Below are positions 16,122-23,602 of a stretch of 35,389 nt of DNA, one piece after another. This DNA comes from Trueperaceae bacterium (GTDB lineage: Bacteria > Deinococcota > Deinococci > Deinococcales > Trueperaceae): the NCBI GenBank assembly GCA_007130445.1, contig SLSM01000285.1, forward strand, positions 1-35,389, read 5' to 3'. The notes below the pieces were generated by a model, which worked only from the letters and a program-made list of their open reading frames with translations, was not told where the DNA came from and did not search any database. The position numbers were made by a program, and so were the translations under genes. Position 1 is the stretch's first letter, and each line of letters begins with the position of its first letter.

Positions 16122-17059
16122 GCGTCGGCCCCCCGTCGACCATCGACACCCGTGCGGCGCGCGCGCTCCTGCTCGACGCGCTCCCGGTAATAGGCGCGCA
16201 GGTCGAAGCTGTCGTCGCCGAGCGAGCGCAGAGCCACGCCCGCAGACGCCAACGTGGGCGCCACGTGGTCGAGGGCGGTCGGCGTCTCGAGCCCGAAGAC
16301 CAGGTCGCGACCGCGCACGCTCAGGTCGCGTGCCCACGACTCGGCTGCCAGGGCGCGTTGGGCCCGCTCGAGATCGTCCACCTGCACGCGTACGCGAGCC
16401 CCTCTGTGGCGCAGGTCGACCTCGTCGATCAACGCCCCCTCCTCCATGATGCCGACATGGGTGCAGTACGCCACCACCTCGTCGAGGTGGTGCGTCGAGA
16501 GGAGCACGGACGTGCCCGACGACGCAGCGTCACGCAACACGCCGTGCACCAAATGCAACGAGAGCGGGTCCATGCCGCTCGCGGGTTCGTCCAGGATCAG
16601 GACCGCCGGACGGGTGAGCAGCGCCGCGGCGACGCCGAGCCGCTGGCGCATGCCCAGCGAGTAGACACCGACCTTGCGGTCGGCCGCGTCACCGAGCTCG
16701 ACCTGTTCGAGCACCTCGTCGACGCGAGCGGCCGGCACGCCGCCGGCCAGGTCGGCGTGCAGGCGGAGATTCGAGCGGCCGCTCATGTAGGGATAGAAGG
16801 CGGCGGGCGCCTCGACGACCGCGCCGAGACGCCGCCGGACGGCCGGCGTCTCGTGCGGGTCGTGGCCGAGCATGCGGACGGTCCCCGACGTGGGGAAGGC
16901 GAGCCCGGACACGAGACGGATGACGGTCGTCTTCCCCGCCCCGTTCGGGCCGACCAACGCGTACACCTCGCCAGGATGCACGGCGAACGAGAAGTCGCGA
17001 ACGATGGTGCGGGCGCCGTAGCGCTTCGTGAGGGCGTTCGTCTCGATGGCGGGCTCCAT
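16118..17059 (-). CDS. ABC transporter ATP-binding protein (ABC-2 / DrrA-like subfamily)
   Basis: Walker A GPNGAGKTT, signature YSLGMRQRLGVA, Walker B LILDEPASGMDP and H-loop STHHL, plus a C-terminal accessory domain of about 100 aa. ATG 17059 (MEPAIETNALTKRYG) is preceded by GAGG with a 6-nt spacer. Confidence 0.88.
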   Translation of the reverse strand: MEPAIETNALTKRYGARTIVRDFSFAVHPGEVYALVGPNGAGKTTVIRLVSGLAFPTSGTVRMLGHDPHETPAVRRRLGAVVEAPAAFYPYMSGRSNLRLHADLAGGVPAARVDEVLEQVELGDAADRKVGVYSLGMRQRLGVAAALLTRPAVLILDEPASGMDPLSLHLVHGVLRDAASSGTSVLLSTHHLDEVVAYCTHVGIMEEGALIDEVDLRHRGARVRVQVDDLERAQRALAAESWARDLSVRGRDLVFGLETPTALDHVAPTLASAGVALRSLGDDSFDLRAYYRERVEQERARRTGVDGRRGADA

Positions 17060-17076
17060 GCGTGACCTCGGACCGA

Positions 17077-17082
17077 AGTCTA
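17077..17082 (-). promoter_or_regulatory. -10-like box TAGACT, candidate promoter of the ABC ATPase-permease-SPOR unit
   Basis: Lies in the 76-nt gap after the kinase stop, 17 nt upstream of ATG 17059, with GAGG SD in the leader. Confidence 0.4.
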
Positions 17083-17135
17083 CGCGCCGCATATGTGAGC
17101 CTGGGATGGCATCGTCCACACTGGCCCCTCGGCGC

Positions 17136-18605
17136 TCACGCCGGCACCGGCGAAGCCGGCGCCAACTCGCCGAGCTCGGCCTTCACGACGTCGAGAACGG
17201 CCTCGACCGCGCGGTCGACGGCCTTGTCCGTGGCGCTCGTCTCGATCACCGTCACACCCTCGTGCTGCGCCTGGCGCAACAAGAAACCCTGCAGCATCCG
17301 GATCTCGGCGAAGTGCTCGAGGTAACCCGACGACGGCCGGCGCACGAACGTGCTCTGCTCCCGCCGGCCGAAGTTCTCACGGTGATCGTCCTCGTCGGTC
17401 ACGCTCAACATCAGCTGCACCACCACGGCGTCCCCGACGTCGCCCAGACGCGGCGACAGGCCGGGCACGAGGTGGATGCCCTCGATCACGAGCGAGGTCG
17501 CCTCGATGAGGTGCCGCTCGATGATGGCGTCGACCGCCGTCGCGAGCTGCATCACCTGCGTCTGGAAACCACGCAGGACGCGCTTGCGCTTCGGCTTGAC
17601 CTCGACGCGCTCCGACGGCAGCAGTTCGGCGCGCCAGGCCGTGTAGCTCGACGCGTGCAGGACCGGCGACAACTCGGCGCTGATCAGGGAGCGCAGGGCC
17701 TGCCGGACGCTGTCGGTCGACACCACGCGCGCGATACCGAGACGGTATGCGACCTCGGCTGCGAGCAACGACTTGCCGACCCCGGCCGTGCCGCCGACCA
17801 CGACCACGATCGGTCGTTCGCTGGAGCGCACGGCCCGCATGATCTCGTACCTGCGGGCGTACTCCTCGCCGGCCTCCTGCGTCAGGAGGCGCTTGACCTC
17901 GTGGCGCACCACCGCGCGCGCCACGCGCACCGAACCGCGCCCCCAGAGCACCTCCTCGATCCGCTTCGCATAGCCATGCGAGCGCTCGGGGCCCAAACCG
18001 ACGGCCATCAACGACTGCGTCAGGATGCCGCGTGAGAACGGCAGCCCGCGCCCCCCACCGGCGTCATCGACGACGCTCAGCTCGAAGTGCTGCGACACGC
18101 TCGCCTCGTAGCGGAGCCTCAACGCGCGCCCGTAGCGCTCCTCGACGAGCATCCCGACACCGCGCGAGAGCACCTGCTCTCCCACCACCCGCTCGCCCTC
18201 GGCGCGCAGCGCCTGCTCCACCTGCTGGGCGAGGAGGTTGGCCTCCTTGAATCCCAACCCGACCTTCTCCAACGATCCGACGAGCGCCGAGCGCTCGAAC
18301 GGCCTCCGTTCGTCCTCGAACGTCACCTCGAGGGGCACGAAGGGGGGTACCTGACGCCTGAGCGCCGCCGCGACGACGCCGTCCCCCAGTTCGTCGAGCG
18401 AGACCGCCAGCGACTCCATCACGTCCTCGACCGGCACGATCCGGGTACCGCGCTGACGCAGCGACTTCTCGAGGTCACGAACCATGCGCACCGCGAGCTC
18501 CGTCGGCGCCCCCGCCGCCTGGAGGGCCTCGATCAGGAGACCAGGCGCGAAGGGGCGCTTGCTGGTGCCGGCCATCACGCGGAGGTCGCGACGCTTCTGG
18601 CTCAC
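17136..18605 (-). CDS. 2-phosphoglycerate-kinase-like P-loop kinase with three ATP-cone-like N-terminal repeats
   Basis: P-loop VVVGGTAGVGKSLLAAEVAYRLGIARVVSTDSVRQ (17771-17800 region) resembles COG2074-type 2PGK. It is preceded by three repeats of about 80 aa of the form ..PF.R..L..SL...GL.......A..VE..L......V......V...L.......RY. GTG 18605 forms a GTGA overlap with the Nudix stop. ATG 18575 is an alternative. Confidence 0.6.
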   Translation of the reverse strand: MSQKRRDLRVMAGTSKRPFAPGLLIEALQAAGAPTELAVRMVRDLEKSLRQRGTRIVPVEDVMESLAVSLDELGDGVVAAALRRQVPPFVPLEVTFEDERRPFERSALVGSLEKVGLGFKEANLLAQQVEQALRAEGERVVGEQVLSRGVGMLVEERYGRALRLRYEASVSQHFELSVVDDAGGGRGLPFSRGILTQSLMAVGLGPERSHGYAKRIEEVLWGRGSVRVARAVVRHEVKRLLTQEAGEEYARRYEIMRAVRSSERPIVVVVGGTAGVGKSLLAAEVAYRLGIARVVSTDSVRQALRSLISAELSPVLHASSYTAWRAELLPSERVEVKPKRKRVLRGFQTQVMQLATAVDAIIERHLIEATSLVIEGIHLVPGLSPRLGDVGDAVVVQLMLSVTDEDDHRENFGRREQSTFVRRPSSGYLEHFAEIRMLQGFLLRQAQHEGVTVIETSATDKAVDRAVEAVLDVVKAELGELAPASPVPA

Positions 18606-19180
18606 GCCGCCACCGCCGCCTGGTCGAGCCGATCGAGCAGGTCCTTGACGACGTTCCCCGTCAGACCCCAGATGCGTCGCCCGGCGACCTCGTAGCCGTG
18701 CAGCAGCCGTGTGCCCCAGGGGGTCTCGCGCCGCTCGACGGTTGGCACGACGGCCTGCAGCGCCGCCAGCGGCACGACGAACGTCTCCACCACTTCGCTC
18801 GACTGCATGACGAGCGGCGCCGGCCAAGCGATCCGCGCCACGAATGGGGTGGCGATCAGACCGAACGGCGAGGGGTGGTCGTCGAGCCGGCCGCACACCG
18901 CGTCGGAGCGCACGTCGAGCCCGACCTCCTCGCGCGCTTCGCGCAGCGCCGCTGCGAGCTCGGTCTCGCCGGGGTCGACCCGGCCCCCCGGGAAGGCGAT
19001 CTGCCCGGCGTGTCGTCGCAGATGCGGCGCGCGCACCGTGAACAGGAGCGACGGTCCCTCGGGGGTGTCGAGCAGGGGCACCAAGATGGCCGCGCGGCCG
19101 TGGCCCTCGAGATCGAGACGCCGGGCGGGCCGGCAGGCGACCGCGCGCGTGAGCGCGACCTGGAGGGGCGGACCGTCCAT
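18602..19180 (-). CDS. Nudix hydrolase, CoA pyrophosphatase-like
   Basis: LLFTVRAPHLRRHAGQIAFPGGRVDPGETELAAALREAREEVGL is a Nudix box GX5EX7REUXEEXGU preceded by the LLxxxR..L..H.GQ..FPGG signature of CoA-type Nudix enzymes. ATG 19180 shares one nt with the MazG stop (TGATG). GTG 19183 would give a GTGA overlap. Confidence 0.8.
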   Translation of the reverse strand: MDGPPLQVALTRAVACRPARRLDLEGHGRAAILVPLLDTPEGPSLLFTVRAPHLRRHAGQIAFPGGRVDPGETELAAALREAREEVGLDVRSDAVCGRLDDHPSPFGLIATPFVARIAWPAPLVMQSSEVVETFVVPLAALQAVVPTVERRETPWGTRLLHGYEVAGRRIWGLTGNVVKDLLDRLDQAAVAA

Positions 19181-19803
19181 CACGACGAGCGCATCAGACG
19201 CGCCTCGAGCGCGTCGCGCAGGGCGAGTTCGGGGTCGACGCCGGAGCGCCTGGCGAGCTGGGCGAGGTGGAGCAGCGCGGCACCGATCGACTCTGGGTCG
19301 CCAGCGACGTCCGCTAGGCGCCGCTCCGCGAGCCCTGCATCGGGAACCCATGCCAGCGCCTTGTCGAGCTCGGCGGCACGCCGCAGCGCGGGTAACGAAC
19401 GCGGTACGCCCTCGGCGGCCGTCCTGGGCGGGGCGCCGGTGGCCGCGCGCTCCTCTGCCTTGATCGCGTGCCAGTTCGCGAGGACGTCGGCCACCCCCGC
19501 GACGTCGACCGCACCGAACACATGGGGGTGCCGCCGGACCAGCTTGTCGACGATGGCGCCTTCGACGTCGTCGTACGTGAAGGTCGACGCCTCCTCGGCG
19601 ATCACCGCGTGGAACGCGACTTGCAGCAAGACGTCACCGAGTTCGTCGGCGATGAGGCGCGAATCCCCGCTCGCGAGCGCGTCGACCGCCTCGGCCGCCT
19701 CTTCGATCAGATACGGGCGCAACGTCTCGTGGGTCTGCTCCCGGTCCCAGGGGCAGCCGTCGGGAGCGCGCAGAGCACGCATGGTGTCGAGCAGCCGTCG
19801 CAT
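19180..19803 (-). CDS. mazG: MazG-type nucleoside triphosphate pyrophosphohydrolase
   Basis: LRAPDGCPWDREQTHETLRPYLIEEAAEAVDAL...ELGDVLLQV...KLVRRHPHVF motifs. The first ATG of the ORF (19812) lies inside a TACGAT box, and ATG 19803 (MRRLLDTMRAL...) follows it by 7 nt. Confidence 0.88.
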   Translation of the reverse strand: MRRLLDTMRALRAPDGCPWDREQTHETLRPYLIEEAAEAVDALASGDSRLIADELGDVLLQVAFHAVIAEEASTFTYDDVEGAIVDKLVRRHPHVFGAVDVAGVADVLANWHAIKAEERAATGAPPRTAAEGVPRSLPALRRAAELDKALAWVPDAGLAERRLADVAGDPESIGAALLHLAQLARRSGVDPELALRDALEARLMRSS

Positions 19804-19810
19804 GCGCACC

Positions 19811-19816
19811 ATCGTA
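19811..19816 (-). promoter_or_regulatory. -10-like box TACGAT, 7 nt upstream of mazG ATG 19803 (leaderless-type)
   Basis: The box contains the first ATG (19812) of the longest ORF. Confidence 0.4.
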
Positions 19817-19839
19817 GCGCCAACGCGAGTGCGCGCGCG

Positions 19840-20658
19840 TCAGCAGCAGGGCACGGCGGCGCGGATGACCGCCCAGTGGCGCCCCGTCAGGCCGGCGTCT
19901 CGGCGATGTGAGAAGCAGCGCGGATCGGCGCTGGTGCAGACTCCGGAGTCGTGCACCTGCTCCGGGCGCACCCCGGCGCGGAGCAGCTGGGCCCGCACCA
20001 GGGTCGCGACGTCGGCTCGGAAGCGCCCCGAGTGGCCCGGGTCGGGCCGCACCGCGTGCTCGGGTGCACCCGCCTGGGCGAAGGCCTGGGCCACCTCGGG
20101 CCCGACCTGGTAGCGCTCACCGCGGATCGCCGCCCCGAACCACACCACGAGATCGCCGCTGCGGGTCCCGTACCGCGCGCGCAGCGCTGCCACGGCCGCG
20201 CTCGCCACACCCGCCACGGCCCCGCGCCAGCCGGCGTGCACGGCCGCCACGGCTCCGCTGCGGGGGTCGTGCATCAGCACCGGTAGGCAGTCTGCCGCGC
20301 TCACGGCGAGCAGCCAGCCAGGATCGTCCGCCACGATCGCGTCGCCGTCGGCGCCGATCGGGTCGACGCCGGCGACTCGCACCACGGCGCCGTGCACCTG
20401 GTCGAGCCGCATCACGCGCGAAGCGTCCACGCCGAAGTGCCGTGCGACGAGCGAACGGTTGGTTGCGACCGCGTCGGTGTCGTCGCCGACGGAGAGCCCG
20501 AGGTTCAGGCTCGCGTACGGACCGCGGCTCACGCCACCCGAACGCAGGGTCATGCCGTGCGGCACGTCGAGCGGTCCGCACAACAGCGCGTCCGCCGGGA
20601 GCGCCGCGTTCAGTAGTTCCGCTCCGTGACCTCGAGACCGGCGTGCTCCACCAACCAC
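19840..20658 (-). CDS. pgeF: PgeF/YfiH family (laccase-domain, purine nucleoside phosphorylase / peptidoglycan editing factor)
   Basis: HGMTLRSGGVSRGPYASLNLG, QVHGAVV, AADCLPVL and AVHAGWRGAVAG motifs. The start is uncertain. GTG 20658 overlaps trmB by 49 nt, and TTG 20580 is an alternative. Confidence 0.8.
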   Translation of the reverse strand: MVGGARRSRGHGAELLNAALPADALLCGPLDVPHGMTLRSGGVSRGPYASLNLGLSVGDDTDAVATNRSLVARHFGVDASRVMRLDQVHGAVVRVAGVDPIGADGDAIVADDPGWLLAVSAADCLPVLMHDPRSGAVAAVHAGWRGAVAGVASAAVAALRARYGTRSGDLVVWFGAAIRGERYQVGPEVAQAFAQAGAPEHAVRPDPGHSGRFRADVATLVRAQLLRAGVRPEQVHDSGVCTSADPRCFSHRRDAGLTGRHWAVIRAAVPCC

Positions 20659-21680
20659 TCGACGACGGCATGGACGGCTCCGCGAACCGCAGGCGTGATC
20701 AGCGGGTCGCCGAAGCGCTCGAGCCGTACGATCACCTCACCTGACTCGCGTCGCTGCGCCACGAGCAACAGCTGCTGCGTGAGCTCCTGCTCGTCGACCG
20801 TGACGCGGAACAGCCAGCGATCGCGACCACCGAGGACCTGCGCACCCTCGTGCACGATGACGTGCGCGTCGGCATACGCCTCGACGCGCTTGGCGTCGGA
20901 TGGGAGACGATCGGGATCGGGGAACGTCCCCTTCAGGAAGGCGTGGGGCATGGTCGCTGGAGCCTCCAGATGCGCTGGGTGCGTGTCGCTGGGGCGTTCG
21001 AGCCGGAACACCTGGTAGAAGAGCGGCTTGCCCTGCTCGCGCCACTTCAGAGCGTACTTGGTCTCGAACACCGTCGCGGGGGCCGTACGATCGAGGAGCG
21101 CGTAACGCCCGTCGGCCCGTCCTTCGTCCCGAGCGAACGCGAGGTACTCCGGGTGATCGGTGGCGAGGCGGATCTCCCCGCCGGCCACGAGCCGCGAGGC
21201 CGCCATGGCGAAGAACGGCCGCCGCAAGAGCCGGTGGCGCTCGTGGCGCTCCTTCGGCCAGGGATCGGGGAAGTTGACCGTGATGCTCTGCAGGCCGTGC
21301 GGGGCGAAGAGCTGACGCAGCGCGACCGCTGCGCCGACCTTGGCCACCCTGACGTTGCCGACACGCTCTCGTCGGATGCGAGCGAGCGCGCGCTGCACGG
21401 ACACGGTCGACACCTCGAGACCGACGTAGTCTTCGTCCGGTGCCTCGAGGGCGCGACGCACCGTGAAGCGGCCGTCGCCGAACCCGACCTCGAGGTGGAG
21501 TGGCGCGGAGCGGCCAAACGCCTTCGACCAGTCGACGGGGAACGGTGCGCGCCGCCACGCGACGTAGGCGCGTCCGGGCGCCGGAGCGACGCGCGGAGGC
21601 GGTGCCACGTCGTCGCGCAGCGCGTGAGCCGCGGTGGCGGCCAGAGAGCGCGCCGCCTCGGACCGATCCACGTCAGCCAC
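20610..21680 (-). CDS. trmB: tRNA (guanine46-N7)-methyltransferase with a C-terminal extension of about 120 aa
   Basis: LEVGFGDG SAM motif, NFPDPWPKERHERHRLL, LATDHPEY and FETKYALKW. GTG start overlaps the DUF4388 stop by 8 nt. Confidence 0.85.
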   Translation of the reverse strand: MADVDRSEAARSLAATAAHALRDDVAPPPRVAPAPGRAYVAWRRAPFPVDWSKAFGRSAPLHLEVGFGDGRFTVRRALEAPDEDYVGLEVSTVSVQRALARIRRERVGNVRVAKVGAAVALRQLFAPHGLQSITVNFPDPWPKERHERHRLLRRPFFAMAASRLVAGGEIRLATDHPEYLAFARDEGRADGRYALLDRTAPATVFETKYALKWREQGKPLFYQVFRLERPSDTHPAHLEAPATMPHAFLKGTFPDPDRLPSDAKRVEAYADAHVIVHEGAQVLGGRDRWLFRVTVDEQELTQQLLLVAQRRESGEVIVRLERFGDPLITPAVRGAVHAVVEWLVEHAGLEVTERNY

Positions 21681-22485
21681 CGTAAGGCTTCACGAGGACC
21701 GTGTCGTCGACCCGCAAGCCGAAGCGCAAGAGCGTGTCGGGAAGCGCGAGGAGATAGGGTCCACCACCGACCAGGACGGTGACCGGCGCAGCGAACGCGG
21801 TGCCGTCGGGCCGCCGGACGGCCACCTCTTCGACCGCGCCACCGAGGACCCGCGACCAGTTGTTGACGATGCCTTCGTCGACGCCGACCGAACCGCCAGC
21901 GACCCCGGAGCGGGCGAGCCTCACCACGAGCTGCGCCGTGCGCGCGCGGCGGGTGCGCAGCTGCAGAGCACCCACGTCGATCAAGCGCCCGACGACACGT
22001 TGGACGTGTTCGATCGGCAGCTCGAGCGCGCTGGCCAGGCGCGCCACGCTTCGCACGCCGTTGACGGCCGCCAAGACGCGCCGCTCGGCGTCGCTGAACG
22101 GCAGCGACCGTGGGGCGTCGTCGGCGCTGTACGGCACCGCTTCGCGCGAGACCTCGGGGGTGGCGCGCTCCGGTTCGTCCTTGCGGTGCTCGTCGAGGCG
22201 TCTCAGCGCCTCGAGGACCAGGTTCTCGGTGCTGGTACCCACCGTGCGCCGCGGCGCCGGCAGCCCGACGGTGAACTCGAAGCTCCCGCGCTCGTCCTCG
22301 AACAGAGCGAACACCGCAGGCTCCCCCTCCACGCCGGCGAACTCGGCGTGCGCCACCCGACCGCGCTCGAAGTACACGCGGGCAGGGCCCTCGGGGTGCT
22401 GCACCGCCAACCGCCCGGTACGCGACGATGCGGCGAGCAGCTGGAACAGATCGACCAACGAGAACAACCCGAGCGTGCCGGTCAC
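21673..22485 (-). CDS. DUF4388 (PATAN-like) domain protein with a central HTH-like segment
   Basis: N-terminus GTLGLFSLVDLFQLLAASSRTGRLAVQHPEGPARVYFERGRVAHAEF is typical DUF4388. A mid-region ERRVLAAVNGVRSVARLASALELPIEHVQRVVGRLIDVGAL looks like a winged-helix/HTH. The track ATG 22494 lies inside a TAGCAT box, and GTG 22485 follows it by 7 nt. Confidence 0.65.
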   Translation of the reverse strand: MTGTLGLFSLVDLFQLLAASSRTGRLAVQHPEGPARVYFERGRVAHAEFAGVEGEPAVFALFEDERGSFEFTVGLPAPRRTVGTSTENLVLEALRRLDEHRKDEPERATPEVSREAVPYSADDAPRSLPFSDAERRVLAAVNGVRSVARLASALELPIEHVQRVVGRLIDVGALQLRTRRARTAQLVVRLARSGVAGGSVGVDEGIVNNWSRVLGGAVEEVAVRRPDGTAFAAPVTVLVGGGPYLLALPDTLLRFGLRVDDTVLVKPYGG

Positions 22486-22492
22486 GCCCGCC

Positions 22493-22498
22493 ATGCTA
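22493..22498 (-). promoter_or_regulatory. -10-like box TAGCAT, 7 nt upstream of GTG 22485 of the DUF4388 gene (leaderless-type)
   Basis: The box contains the A and T of the track start ATG 22494. Confidence 0.35.
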
Positions 22499-22530
22499 CC
22501 CCGGAGCCGTCGCCCCCCGGCGACCGCGGC

Positions 22531-23541
22531 TCACGGTCCGGGGTGCGGTACGCGCGCCGTGACGATGGCCTCGGATCGCGCATCGGGCGCCCAGGCGAGC
22601 ACGCCGGGCCAGCGCGGGTCGTCGACGCACGTCGGCAGCGCACCCGCGCCGACCAGGTTGACGACGATGTTCGAGCGACCACGCGGTCGAAGGCCCAGGA
22701 CGTCGCCGACGAGCATCGGGTTCACGCCGTAGCGCAGCGACGCTCGACCCTGGATGCGCGCCCGCAGGCCATCGTCGAACCACGCCTCGCCCTCGCTGCG
22801 CTCGGGCCCCGGCGGCCACGGCCGCTCCCAGTCGGCGTCGTTGGCCGACGGCTGCACCACCACCTGGGCGCCGCGCCCGTCGAGCGTCGCGAGCACGCGC
22901 TCGTGGAAGCCGTCGAGACACACGGCCACGCCGACGCGTCCGACGGGCGTCGCGATCGAGTGCAGGTCGTCGAGGCGGCCGCGACGCAGGCCAGCACGCC
23001 GCTCGGCGCCCGGTGTCAGCTGGACCTTGGCGGTGCGAGCGAGCAGGCGACCGCTGGGCGCGAAGGTGAGCGCCGCGTTGTGCACGGCCGGATCGCGAAC
23101 GAACCAGCCGCGGCTCGGCTCCTCGTCGACGTCGGGCAAGAACGCGCTGCCGGCCACCACCACGGCACTCGAGGCGCGGGCGGCCGCGGAGAACGTGTCG
23201 TGCCACATGCGGTAGGCAGCCACGGCGTAGGTCCCGTACACGATCGAGGCACCGATGCGCCTCGTACGCCAGGCGGTTCGGAGCCACCGTCCGGCGTCCC
23301 GACGGGCGAGCAGGCGCAGAGCGCTGGGTACGTCGGGCGCCCCCACGGCCGCCTGGTCACCCGCGGCGGTCAGGAGCAGCGGCAGCCCGACGAGCTCCGG
23401 GAAGACCACCAGCCGCGGCACGTCGCCCGCCTCGGCGACGGCGGCCCGGGCGAGCGCCACCATCCGATCCCGGAAGGCGTCGGCCGACGCGTACAGCGCG
23501 GGTGACCACTCGACCTGGACCGCGGCCAGATGCACGTCCAC
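22531..23541 (-). CDS. Carbon-nitrogen hydrolase (nitrilase superfamily)
   Basis: Glu-Lys-Cys triad candidates are VVFPELVG, ARTAKVQL and VGVAVCLDGF. The family-typical N-terminus V(D)VHLAAVQ is present. GTG 23541 is preceded by TACACT with a 6-nt spacer. The longer track ORF (to 23850) would run through the lptF promoter and start. Confidence 0.75.
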   Translation of the reverse strand: MDVHLAAVQVEWSPALYASADAFRDRMVALARAAVAEAGDVPRLVVFPELVGLPLLLTAAGDQAAVGAPDVPSALRLLARRDAGRWLRTAWRTRRIGASIVYGTYAVAAYRMWHDTFSAAARASSAVVVAGSAFLPDVDEEPSRGWFVRDPAVHNAALTFAPSGRLLARTAKVQLTPGAERRAGLRRGRLDDLHSIATPVGRVGVAVCLDGFHERVLATLDGRGAQVVVQPSANDADWERPWPPGPERSEGEAWFDDGLRARIQGRASLRYGVNPMLVGDVLGLRPRGRSNIVVNLVGAGALPTCVDDPRWPGVLAWAPDARSEAIVTARVPHPGP

Positions 23542-23547
23542 GAACGA

Positions 23548-23553
23548 AGTGTA
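23548..23553 (-). promoter_or_regulatory. -10-like box TACACT, 6 nt upstream of GTG 23541 of the C-N hydrolase gene (leaderless-type)
   Basis: Reverse complement of agtgta, in the 61-nt divergent spacer shared with lptF. Confidence 0.45.
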
Positions 23554-23587
23554 CGCGGCGAGCCGGCACCGGGCGCGGCGGGGCACT

Positions 23588-23596
23588 TGGTAGACT
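23588..23596 (+). promoter_or_regulatory. Extended -10-like TGgTAGACT, 6 nt upstream of lptF-type GTG 23603 (leaderless-type)
   Basis: Read directly from cacTTGgTAGACTccccggGTG. Confidence 0.45.
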
Positions 23597-23602
23597 CCCC
23601 GG

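Noticed and set aside
17136-20658. MazG + Nudix + kinase + PgeF considered as a possible anti-phage nucleotide-depletion or defence module
   Set aside because: All carry housekeeping-type family motifs and sit between trmB and envelope genes, with no mobile-element or defence context. I treat them as core metabolism and flag only the kinase architecture as unusual.
21634-23505. 623-aa plus-strand ORF
   Set aside because: It is antisense to the DUF4388 and C-N hydrolase genes and has no motifs.
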